The notes below the pieces were generated by a model. That model worked only from the letters and a program-made list of their open reading frames with translations, had not been told where the DNA came from and did not search any database. A stretch of 59,252 nucleotides of DNA, the filler included, from Squatina squatina (taxonomy: Eukaryota): assembly GCA_031763465.1 (NCBI GenBank). It is 4 parts of 4 records of this genome, joined end to end, with 100 filler letters (N's around TTAATTAATTAA, not from the genome) between each part and the next. Parts side by side here need not be neighbours in the genome. Positions count along the whole stretch, not along the records: positions 1 to 13,969 come from JARFOE010000115.1; positions 14,070 to 32,852 come from JARFOE010000013.1; 2 more parts are not named here. The stretch is one strand, 5' to 3'. Positions within the stretch are counted from its first letter, which is position 1. Every line of letters begins with the position of its first letter. Position numbers and translations under genes: made by a program. Of the stretch, positions 12,660-23,700 are shown one piece after another.

Positions 12660-12880
12660 AATAAAGTATCAGATGATGCTGAAGGTGCATATTGCTCTGG
12701 TTTGGACTGCACCTCGAATATTGCATTCAGTTTTCATCACAGAAGGAAAATAGCCAAACAATGGAAGCGGTGCAGACGACCATGAGGGTGATCCCATTTG
12801 TCAGAGGACTGCGTTATACGAAAGACTAGAAAAATGTGGATTCTTCAGCATTGAAAGGAACGGAATGAAAGGGGACTGAT
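12660..12880 (+). mobile_element. Highly degenerate CR1 RT C-terminal fragment
   Basis: gctctggtttggactgcacctcgaatattgcattcagtttt..gtgcagacgac..gaaagactagaaaaatgtggattcttcagcattgaaagg (ALVRPHLEYCIQF..ERL..FSLE-like). Confidence 0.6.
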
Positions 12881-14013
12881 ATATAGGGGGTGATTTTCCC
12901 TGGATACTTTAGGTGCTAATGAGCCTCCGAGGTGGCCAAGATGGGGTTTTGAGCTGTAACGTCGGTTTAGCGCAAGGCGCCATCTTGGTGAAAAAGTTGA
13001 AGCGCGCACTCGGAACGGCTGCTCAGAGGTTCGTTAAGGGTCTGGATAACAATTAAATTACCTACTAGTGCTCATTAAAGAGGCTGCACGACATTTTGAT
13101 GGCTAGATCTTCAATTAACAACCTCTCCTAACAGCCACCAGCTAAATTGGAGTAAAGAAGTCATTGCTGAGGTTTTCGAACACTAATTAAAGCTATGTTT
13201 AGCTTTCAATGTTCAATTGCTGCTAGAGGTTTGAAGAGTACTTTTGAGATACATCAGGANNNNNNNNNNNNNNNNNNNNNNNNNNNNNNNNNNNNNNNNN
13301 NNNNNNNNNNNNNNNNNNNNNNNNNNNNNNNNNNNNNNNNNNNNNNNNNNNNNNNNNNNCCATAACCTATCCTTGCATATTGACAATGAGAGGGCCAGTT
13401 GACTATAGTAAAAACCTGCTATTGTTAAAAAAACAAAGATCATGCTGGTGTCCTTGTAAAAGCCTTCTCAGCTTTGAAATATGTAGCTTTTCATCTCACT
13501 TTTTTTTTCTTACAACCAACCTGCTGTGAAGTGAACTGTCATTACCTGCACGTTCACAAACTCAGAACCATGTGCTGATCAGACTAGCTATCACTTGACA
13601 GTATAAACCATGTCATATCACTGTTCTATAATATATTATAAAAATTTTGAATAAATAAAAAGCTAACAACAGCAAAAATGAAAAAAGGGAGCATAATGAG
13701 TAGAATGTCAAGTGGCTGGCACAGTCAGCATATGACATTAGCTGCCTCTCTGAACCCAGAACTAAATGAATTAATTGGGCACATTAGCACAAAAATAATT
13801 ATGATAGCAGCCCTTTAGAATTCAACAACAACATGTGAAAAGAACAAGGCAATGGAAGTGAACTAGCAATTTACCAGGTGCAGATTATAACAATTAATCA
13901 TCTATCCATAAATTAATAGTAAACACATTTTTTCTACAATAAGAATAGCAAGCAAAACTATAATGTAGANNNNNNNNNNNNNNNNNNNNNNNNNNNNNNN
14001 NNNNNNNNNNNNN

Positions 14014-14025
14014 TTAATTAATTAA
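14014..14025. other. Artificial scaffold-joining linker (TTAATTAATTAA in a 100-bp N spacer, 13970-14069)
   Basis: Palindromic 12-mer with stops in all six frames, flanked by exactly 44 N on each side; identical at three places. Confidence 0.95.
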
Positions 14026-14625
14026 NNNNNNNNNNNNNNNNNNNNNNNNNNNNNNNNNNNNNNNNNNNNAATGCCATGAAGCTCCTGTGTACAGTTTTCT
14101 TCTTTTCATTATATATATTGCATACCTTAAATTTGAAATATGGACACTTCACAAAATGAGTACTCACTTCAAAAATGGTAGTTATCTTTCAGAATGGGTG
14201 TATTCCAATACATTAGGCTCATAAGGTATTACAATGAACTGTGATGCATAAATGCATATTTTTTAATTCCACCTCCTCACTTTCAGTTTATATCCTTCAC
14301 TCTCTTTAGATTCAGGTACTATTCATGGGCAGATAACTATGTTTAAGGCCTTTTTAATACTGTTCTTTATTTACTGGTTAAGGAGTATGTGACAGCAAAC
14401 CATTGTGACTCATACTCCAACTTTTTCTATCCCACCATATGTCTCTCTCTGAGGAGGCATACAGGATCTAATAAGCGATGATAAGGCAAAAGTTCGAACT
14501 CACTATGTGTAAAATTTTGAGTGTTGACAGATGTTTGGCTCAACACTTTTTAAAGCCCTAAAACTGTACACTTATATATTTAATAACTGCCTTGAAAGAA
14601 AGAATTATGAATCCTAGTAACTTAC

Positions 14626-17600
14626 CAGTTGTGTTTTGTGGAAAACTAGGCAGTGAAGCAGGACCATTTACTCCAGGAAGAATAACTGGAGAAAGGCCTG
14701 AGAGGCCCGAATATGATGTTGAGGCCATGCAGTGCGTTATTTTCCATTATGCTTTGCTGATGCAGAACTTGCTGTTGTGATGTTAGGCCCAAAGCATCTG
14801 TGGCCTTCTTCAAACGATCCAACTCTTGTTGAGCCATCAACTGTCGAACAGTTGTAGGAGCGAGATAATCCTTCTCCCTATCTAGCTGGCATCCTACTGT
14901 TTCTTTCACTTTGTTGATATGCTGCTGTGAAAAAATGTGATCTCTGATAGACAAACGTGCAGTGTACATAACACCACACAGAGAACATTCTGCTCTTTGT
15001 CCATCGGTTCCGGTTTGATTCATCATGAATGATTTTGCCATGTTTAACTTGAATTTTTTATCCTTTGCTCGAGCATTCTGAAACCAGACCTGGACAACTC
15101 TTTTGGGTAAATTAATTTCATTGCCAAGAAGTTCACACTCTTGCATTGTTGGTGTACGGTAGTCAGTGAAGCATGACTTCAGGACTTTTAGTTGAAGGTT
15201 ACTCATTTGTGTTCTGAAGCGTTTATGACCAGGTCGCTCACTGGATCTTGATGACTTGAGACTACTGTGACTTCCAAATGGACTAGGAGAACAGGGATCA
15301 GCTAAACTCGATGTCTCACTTCGGTCAACACTATCATCTATGTCATTATCTCTTGATATGAAGCTTAGAGAAGGGCTAGGTAAGCTCATGGAAAGTCTTT
15401 CATCACAATAATCGACTGTGGGAGTTGTAACCACCATTGACAATTGATCACCAGCTATTGATGTTTTTAGGTCATCTGAAGACTCAGTAGCTTTATTCTC
15501 TGAGGTGCTACCTAGAAGGTTTTCAGTTTCATTGTTTCCTTCATCTCCTGTACTTCCATCACTTATAGCTGTGTTAATAGATGATGTATCATCATAATCT
15601 GTCTTACTCTGATCAAAACTGACAACAGCAGGGACAATATTTAGGCTTCCTATTTCTTCATTGCATTCTGATTTGAATAATGAAGGACTCAGAAGATGTT
15701 TTGGTGACATCTCTGCTGTTTTACTTACTGGTGTTGAAACTGTAGATGGTGCTTCATTTTCACTTAATGCGTCAATCTTGGAAAAAAGTAATGTTGGAAA
15801 TTCAAAATAATTATCTTTCTGTGGACTTTCACCTTCATCATCTTGTGGCATAATGGGGCTTGGGGGGAGGCTGTAGCCTGCTTGTTTTGCTTCATGCCAG
15901 TGTCGAGAACGAATATGTGTTTCAAGTGCTGTTTTAGCTTTAAAGAGTGCCCGACAAAAAGGGCATCTTCTGTGAGACTGACTTGGACCAAGGGCACGAA
16001 ATTGCCCCTTCCTTTCACGTGCTCGAGTGTTCTGAAACCAGACCTGAACCACACGTTTCTTTAGGCCTACTTCATTTGAAATGTGATCCAACATTTTTCG
16101 AGTAGGATTAGAATCCAACAAATATTTTTCATACAGTACCTCCAGCTGNNNNNNNNNNNNNNNNNNNNNNNNNNNNNNNNNNNNNNNNNNNNNNNNNNNN
16201 NNNNNNNNNNNNNNNNNNNNNNNNNNNNNNNNNNNNNNNNNNNNNNNNNNNNNNNNNNNNNNNNNNNNNNNNNNNNNNNNNNNNNNNNNNNNNNNNNNNN
16301 NNNNNNNNNNNNNNNNNNNNNNNNNNNNNNNNNNNNNNNNNNNNNNNNNNNNNNNNNNNNGGTTGTTTGGGTCAAAAATCATATAGGGCATATCTAAAGA
16401 TCTATCCAAGATTTGTGAATGTAGGAACTGATTTTGGGCTGCCAAAAAATGAATGTGCTGGTGCTCCTGCCAAAGTTCCAAGGTTGGAAAGGCATATTTA
16501 CACTGGTCACACTGGTACTGTAACATCTGAGGAGGTAGACTGTTCTGTAAAGAAGTGACTGCTACAGACAGAGGGCTGGATGGAATTGTTGTATTTTGAG
16601 GCTGTGAATGAGATCGCACTACTTGTTGTTGGGACTGTTTTTGTTGCTGTGACTGAGATGCTGATGGCTGTGGCTCTGATGGAGGTGAAGATGTTGGTTT
16701 GGCCATTTGAGAGGGTTGAACAGCCTCAATTTGCTTTGGTTTCTCTACTGGTAAGTTAGATTTAGGTGAATTTTTATCCATTTCCAGTTTGGGAGAAGGC
16801 ATCAGAGGAGTACTAGAACCAGAACTAGAACCAGATCTAGAACCAGACCCTGTCACTGTTCCTACTGTAGGTTTTGATGTGTCTGTTGGGCCAGAAGTAT
16901 CAGTGTGATTTGATATCATTTGGTCTGTGGCATCCATTGAATCTTCTGTTTGACTATCATCCTGACCATCATCATCTTCATCTTTGTAGCACAGTTTTTT
17001 TTGGTGTTTAATGAGGTCAAAGATGCGTTGAAATACCAAACTGCATTTTTTACACTGGTAATTCAAATTATTTGTGCGAATGTAACGATCATTTGACAGC
17101 TCACGACGTTCACCCTCCTTTCCATCACCCTGATTCTCATAGTTTTTGCGTGCTTTCTGTCGTGCATTTTGAAACCAAACAACAATAACGCGAGTTGGAA
17201 GGTTCAGCAAATTAGAAAGTTGCTCAAATTCATCATCTTTTGGATAAGCATTAGTATCAAAAAAGTCCTGCAGAACCCTCAACTGGTAGTCTGTGAATCG
17301 TGTTCTAGATGACCGCTTATTTATTGTACCATCTGTCCTGTAATATTCTCCTGTACTAAAATAAGTATCATTTCTGGATTCTTCCAATGTGGTAATAGGT
17401 GGATTATTGAAATTGTATGGTGAATCCTTATTTCTTTGTCTTTCTTTAAAAAGGGTATTACGAAACCAATGTTTAATAACTTTCTGCGGAAGTCCAGATT
17501 TTTCTGACATTTCTTGGATTTGTTCTTCAGTTGGTGAATTATTGATATCAAAATAAGTCCGCAAGATCTTTAGTTGATCATCTGTGATTCTTGTACGTGG

Positions 17601-17825
17601 ACGTTTGAATTGGTGATGTCTCAGAAAATTGGGATCTAAACCTAACTGTTGTTGACAGAGCTGAGTGAGGTCTGCAGATAAAGATTCCAAAGTTGGAAGT
17701 TGCAAAGTGAGCTGGGGCGGCAAAGAAGAATGCTGCATCATAACTGGGGGGAAGAGAGGCAGATCCAGGGATACAGGCATCTGAACCTGGGATTGTGAAG
17801 AAGGTGGAGGAGGTGGAGGTGGGGG
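14626..17825 (-). CDS. ZFHX4: ZFHX4-like zinc finger homeobox protein, 3' part of the giant internal exon (homeodomains 1-4 and C2H2 fingers)
   Basis: ORF 14646-17780 extends upstream in frame to poly-Pro ([16 protein letters not shown]) at 17825. It encodes HD1 [30 protein letters not shown]2 [23 protein letters not shown]3 (N-terminus in N gap 16149-16360) ..[14 protein letters not shown]4 [20 protein letters not shown] and CxxC..HxxxH fingers. The exon ends at ACTG|gtaagt (last exonic base 14626). The final ~30 codons need a frameshift at ~14717. Linkers match ZFHX4 best; paralog assignment is less certain than family. Confidence 0.85.
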
Positions 17826-18756
17826 NNNNNNNNNNNNNNNNNNNNNNNNNNNNNNNNNNNNNNNNNNNNNNNNNNNNNNNNNNNNNNNNNNNNNNNNNNN
17901 NNNNNNNNNNNNNNNNNNNNNNNNNNNNNNNNNNNNNNNNNNNNNNNNNNNNNNNNNNNNNNNNNNNNNNNNNNNNNNNNNNNNNNNNNNNNNNNNNNNN
18001 NNNNNNNNNNNNNNNNNNNNNNNNNNNNNNNNNNNNNNNNNNNNNNNNNNNNNNNNNNNNNNNNNNNNNNNNNNNNNNNNNNNNNNNNNNNNNNNNNNNN
18101 NNNNNNNNNNNNNNNNNNNNNNNNNNNNNNNNNNNNNNNNNNNNNNNNNNNNNNNNNNNNNNNNNNNNNNNNNNNNNNNNNNNNNNNNNNNNNNNNNNNN
18201 NNNNNNNNNNNNNNNNNNNNNNNNNNNNNNNNNNNNNNNNNNNNNNNNNNNNNNNNNNNNNNNNNNNNNNNNNNNNNNNNNNNNNNNNNNNNNNNNNNNN
18301 NNNNNNNNNNNNNNNNNNNNNNNNNNNNNNNNNNNNNNNNNNNNNNNNNNNNNNNNNNNNNNNNNNNNNNNNNNNNNNNNNNNNNNNNNNNNNNNNNNNN
18401 NNNNNNNNNNNNNNNNNNNNNNNNNNNNNNNNNNNNNNNNNNNNNNNNNNNNNNNNNNNNNNNNNNNNNNNNNNNNNNNNNNNNNNNNNNNNNNNNNNNN
18501 NNNNNNNNNNNNNNNNNNNNNNNNNNNNNNNNNNNNNNNNNNNNNNNNNNNNNNNNNNNNNNNNNNNNNNNNNNNNNGGGGTGAAATTGATCTGGGTGGT
18601 AGTACAAAATAGACAATAGCAAATCAACAACCAATTTATACCCTGCTCGATTTTTTCATTAACGCCCAGTAAGTCCAATTTAGAAATTCTAGTGATGTGT
18701 GAACAATCAAGATTTGGAAGATCCAACTGCAAGTTGCATAATAAAATAAGAACCTT

Positions 18757-20173
18757 ATGGGGAAGTGTGGTAACAATGCGGGATTTAGAAACTGAGGCTG
18801 AAAGAAAGCAGCTTGTTGCTGCAGTTCATGTTGCAGATGCATTTGTGCTTGGGCTTGGGCTAGTGCCTGGGCCTGGGCCTGGGCTTGGGCTTGGGCCTGG
18901 GCCTGGTCCTGGGCTTGTGCCTGGGCATGGGCTTGGGCTTGGGCTTGGTCCTGTGCTGGTGACTGGGGTTGATGTTGGACAGACTGAGGAGAAATTGTTT
19001 CAGTAAACTGTTTTTTGTTAGCTTCTTTGATACCTGCATTGATGTCCTTGATACTAACTGATGCCATCCCGAGAGAATCTGTAGTCATTTGACCAGTAGC
19101 AAGCAGGCTACCACTACTGTTTCCACCTGCAGTGCTACAACTCCCTGCTTCCAGTTTGGCTGCCCTTGCTTTAGTCTGGTGGAGAACAGATCTCATATGT
19201 ATTTCCAGTGTAGAGCTCTGGCTATAAGCAACATTACATGTGTTGCACTTGAAGGGCTTGTTATCTATGCTGTTGTTGGATTCTTGAGGAACTGGACTTG
19301 ATGCCTCTTGTAGAACTTTCTTTAGTTTGTGTAAGTGAGATACTGAATTATAGTGAACNNNNNNNNNNNNNNNNNNNNNNNNNNNNNNNNNNNNNNNNNN
19401 NNNNNNNNNNNNNNNNNNNNNNNNNNNNNNNNNNNNNNNNNNNNNNNNNNNNNNNNNNTAGTGAACCAAGAGAATGTTCTTTTGAGTGAAAGATTCTTTG
19501 CACACTGTGCACTTGTATGGTCGAGAAGGATCTAAAAACTTCTCCATGGTAAAATTTGGACCTTTTCGGAAAGGCAGCGTTCGTTTTGGTTCCGAACTTA
19601 ACTCATCTACAATAGAGCTGCTGTCACTTCCTGTTGGACTGATTTTCCCATCCTGATCTATTTCTTCTTCTTTATCTATTTCCTGTACCAGAATATTATC
19701 TTCTTGACTGATCACTTCACTTTCTGACCAGAACTCTCCATTTACGTGATAACTCCCACATATCTGTTGTATCTCAGCCTCATTTAGTTCAGGATGACTG
19801 GTTTCTAAATGTCTCTTTAAAGCCAGAAATGTGCGGAAGCTGCGCTGACAAAGGCTACACATTGTGGCAGCCCGGATAGCATGATACTGTGAATGAATCT
19901 GAAGTTTCTGCATGGTCTTGAAAGCCAGACTGCATTGGTTACAGCGATACTTGTACACATGCCGATCAGATATAGGCAGCTGTTGCTTTTTCTGGAGTTC
20001 ATTTAGTTGATCTTGAAAAGAGTCTGAAACCTTAAAACGTTGACTTCCATCCTTCTTCCAATCTGCAGTATCTGAAGATTCCTTTGGCAGCTTCTGTTCC
20101 TCATTTTTTGACTCAATTCCAGACTTTGAGTTGTCTGAAATTGTATAAAACTTTCCCTCTGATGAATATTCAC
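18757..20173 (-). CDS. ZFHX4: ZFHX4-like protein, 5' part of the giant internal exon (C2H2 fingers, QA repeat)
   Basis: Acceptor ttttattaaacag|GT at 20173. The frame reads (G)[131 protein letters not shown]. Same nominal frame as 14646-17780. The 100-N gap at 19359-19458 is an 8-nt overlap (tagtgaac on both sides). Confidence 0.85.
18843..18956 (-). repeat. Coding hexanucleotide repeat (GCCCAR)n encoding (AQ)19 in the ZFHX exon
   Basis: gggcct/gggctt array on +; translation [38 protein letters not shown]. Confidence 0.95.
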
Positions 20174-20612
20174 CTGTTTAATAAAAATTGGTATAAGATT
20201 AAAAGAACATATGCTGAGATTACAAAATATCACAACTCTCCTAAATTCCCTCCATGAGGTCTAGAGAGGGCTGCCACATCTCTATCCTTCTCTTTTTTTA
20301 TACAGAGACAGCTGCAACAGCCACAAGGGTGAATCCTCCTTGGTATGCTGGTTGGGGAAAGAGTCAAGCACAGAATATCATTGTATTCTGAGAACATGCT
20401 GCTATAAGTGACTAAACGTCACAAGCTCACTACCTGTAATCTTCCAAGCAATCATGGACTTCGGCCAATTTACAGGTTACAAGCTCGATCTGAGAAGAGG
20501 AACAAGAAAGACTGCTCGGATCGAAGGGGACAAATTCCAAAGGAATTTTGGCCTTCATTGCAAGAGGATTTGAGTACAGGAGCAGGGATGTCTTAATGCA
20601 ATTATACAGCAT

Positions 20613-20732
20613 CTCCCCGTGCAAGCGCAGGAGATGCAACACTTGTCCTTTTACATCCTCCCTTCCCATTGTCCAGGGCCCCAAACACTCCTTCCAGGTG
20701 AGACAGCGATTTACTTGTACTTCTTTCAATTT
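20613..20732 (+). mobile_element. Penelope-like element fragment
   Basis: PCKRRRCNTCPFTSSLPIVQGPKHSFQVRQRFTCTSFN, homologous to 58290-58410. Confidence 0.85.
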
Positions 20733-23700
20733 NNNNNNNNNNNNNNNNNNNNNNNNNNNNNNNNNNNNNNNNNNNNNNNNNNNNNNNNNNNNNNNNNNNN
20801 NNNNNNNNNNNNNNNNNNNNNNNNNNNNNNNNAACAACTTGCCAGATAATCTTTTATTCTGGGCTGGATATTACACCAGTGTTGGGTAGGCATGTCGCAT
20901 ACATCTCATGGCAAACAGAAAACCTCATTTACCAATCTTTCCAATCTCATCCCTGCTCAGCATCATCTGACATTTTTTTCAGCAGTTTATTATTATAAGC
21001 ATTTCTAATTTTAACTTTCAATTTTCACCATCTTCCAGTCAATTTGAAACTAAATTATCTTGAAGGTGAGGACAGCACTGGACAATGTCGTGAAAATATA
21101 TCTCGTAATGCAATGAAGATGAGCAATCGATTTGTATCAGATGCAACATAAATAAATATATATATAAAAAAATGAAGAATATACTATGTGATGAATGCAC
21201 AATAACTTATTTAAATGAAACATGAGAGTGAAGCTATTTTAAATAGATGACAATATGTAAATTCTAATATACGTAAATTATTCCTACTACATGTTCTTGG
21301 AAAGGTTTTCATGACAAGAGCTATCATTAGTAGAAAAAAATCATACCTATCTTTTTGTCTGTAGATAAATGCTTTTTACCTCATAAATGCTGTCTTTTAA
21401 CAAGCAAGTCCTTAAGCAGCACATATTACATTTATGGCTGACATTTAATTTTTATTAACATTATGTTTAATACTCAGCTTTAGAGCTTGCTGTCACATTC
21501 CTTAACATAAAATTGTTTCTGCTTATGTATGTATTCTGACCTCATTTTATTTTCACCTATAACAATAGTGCACTATTCCAAGTAGCTGCCACATGATATT
21601 TCTCAGAATGACACAGGTTCTTCATGATCCTGGTAGCTTGGTCAATTACAACAAACCAAAATGTGGTGTGTGATATTTGCACAGCAAGAATCTAGTCTAC
21701 AAGTCAGGCAATTAACCTGACTGCTGATTGCAGCTGTCTGAGAGATTTGATTTTCAGAAATAGCCCTGACATTGCTTATCTGCTTGAAAATAATATGGCA
21801 CGATTAACGTAGCATCATCTAGTTAGCATACTATTCCAATTATTGTCCAATGGGTGCAGATAAAATGCATTCACCACTTATGTCTCATATCCAAATTCCT
21901 ACTATCCCTAAATTAATTCTGTGACTTATGTCCAAGTCTCAACAATCATGATTTGTGCTATAATATATTTTTTGTTATTAGTAATAATTGGTACTGAATT
22001 ATCCACAAACATTACAAGCCTCAAAATACAAAGAGCAGAATAATCCTTAGATATTGTGTAGAAAGCAATGTGATCTGCTCCAAACACTAATGGGTCTACT
22101 GATAAATACATAATGAAGAGGACCTAAAGTAAGAGAAACAAACAGCCTGTTTAAACAGCTAANNNNNNNNNNNNNNNNNNNNNNNNNNNNNNNNNNNNNN
22201 NNNNNNNNNNNNNNNNNNNNNNNNNNNNNNNNNNNNNNNNNNNNNNNNNNNNNNNNNNNNNNNNNNNNNNNNNNNNNNNNNNNNNNNNNNNNNNNNNNNN
22301 NNNNNNNNNNNNNNNNNNNNNNNNNNNNNNNNNNNNNNNNNNNNNNNNNNNNNNNNNNNNNNNNNNNNNNNNNNNNNNNNNNNNNNNNNNNNNNNNNNNN
22401 NNNNNNNNNNNNNNNNNNNNNNNNNNNNNNNNNNNNNNNNNNNNNNNNNNNNNNNNNNNNNNNNNNNNNNNNNNNNNNNNNNNNNNNNNNNNNNNNNNNN
22501 NNNNNNNNNNNNNNNNNNNNNNNNNNNNNNNNNNNNNNNNNNNNNNNNNNNNNNNNNNNNNNNNNNNNNNNNNNNNNNNNNNNNNNNNNNNNNNNNNNNN
22601 NNNNNNNNNNNNNNNNNNNNNNNNNNNNNNNNNNNNNNNNNNNNNNNNNNNNNNNNNNNNNNNNNNNNNNNNNNNNNNNNNNNNNNNNNNNNNNNNNNNN
22701 NNNNNNNNNNNNNNNNNNNNNNNNNNNNNNNNNNNNNNNNNNNNNNNNNNNNNNNNNNNNNNNNNNNNNNNNNNNNNNNNNNNNNNNNNNNNNNNNNNNN
22801 NNNNNNNNNNNNNNNNNNNNNNNNNNNNNNNNNNNNNNNNNNNNNNNNNNNNNNNNNNNNNNNNNNNNNNNNNNNNNNNNNNNNNNNNNNNNNNNNNNNN
22901 NNNNNNNNNNNNNNNNNNNNNNNNNNNNNNNNNNNNNNNNNNNNNNNNNNNNNNNNNNNNNNNNNNNNNNNNNNNNNNNNNNNNNNNNNNNNNNNNNNNN
23001 NNNNNNNNNNNNNNNNNNNNNNNNNNNNNNNNNNNNNNNNNNNNNNNNNNNNNNNNNNNNNNNNNNNNNNNNNNNNNNNNNAAACTTTGCACTAGTATGC
23101 CTACAGTTGAATAAGAATATTTGTTTCAGTATTTTTTTTACAAAGCCTCTCATTAGCGATAAAGAAAACTGCTTAAAAAATCAGATTTGTTGCTTACAAA
23201 TTCTGTGTCCTTGATGTCTTAGTTTTCACTGCACCTATCAGGGATTATGATTTCACTTCTTAGTGCATGCCTAAATTATATTCAAATAATAAAAAGAAAT
23301 TCATGTTTGTGAATAGGAAAGTTTGCTCACAAATGAAGATATATCTATTGGTAATTTTGCTCGGAATAATGAAGGTTAATTTACATCTTACTTGTGTTTA
23401 CTGTATTATTAAAACTGGTCCCTTAAGCTATGTCAGAGACACATTACATCTATGCAGTGCAGAACTAATCTGGAGTTTATCCAGATTAATACATTTGCAT
23501 TGAAAATGTAATTTCGATTATAATTAATCTAAAGTGACACTAGATTAAAATGACAATATAAATGAGATATTGGTGAGTTCTGCTTCACCAGATGAATTTT
23601 TGGCCCAGTAAAAGCTACTTGNNNNNNCTTCCTGATTATTCCAATGTACCAATTACTGAGATAAACTAATGTATTCAACAACATGGTGACACAAGTACTC

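Noticed and set aside
12244-12753. 169-aa ORF
   Set aside because: It is a read-through of Penelope and CR1 relics, with no recognisable protein family.
14014-14025. TTAATTAATTAA as a homeodomain site or piggyBac TTAA target
   Set aside because: It is isolated between exact 44-N runs three times, so it is a synthetic linker.
18692-19006. Gly/Pro/Leu-repeat ORF on + strand
   Set aside because: It is the antisense shadow of the ZFHX QA repeat.
19975-20000. Possible second ZFHX frameshift at the A-run in QKKQ
   Set aside because: Recounting gives five A's, so the frame CAG AAA AAG CAA is open.
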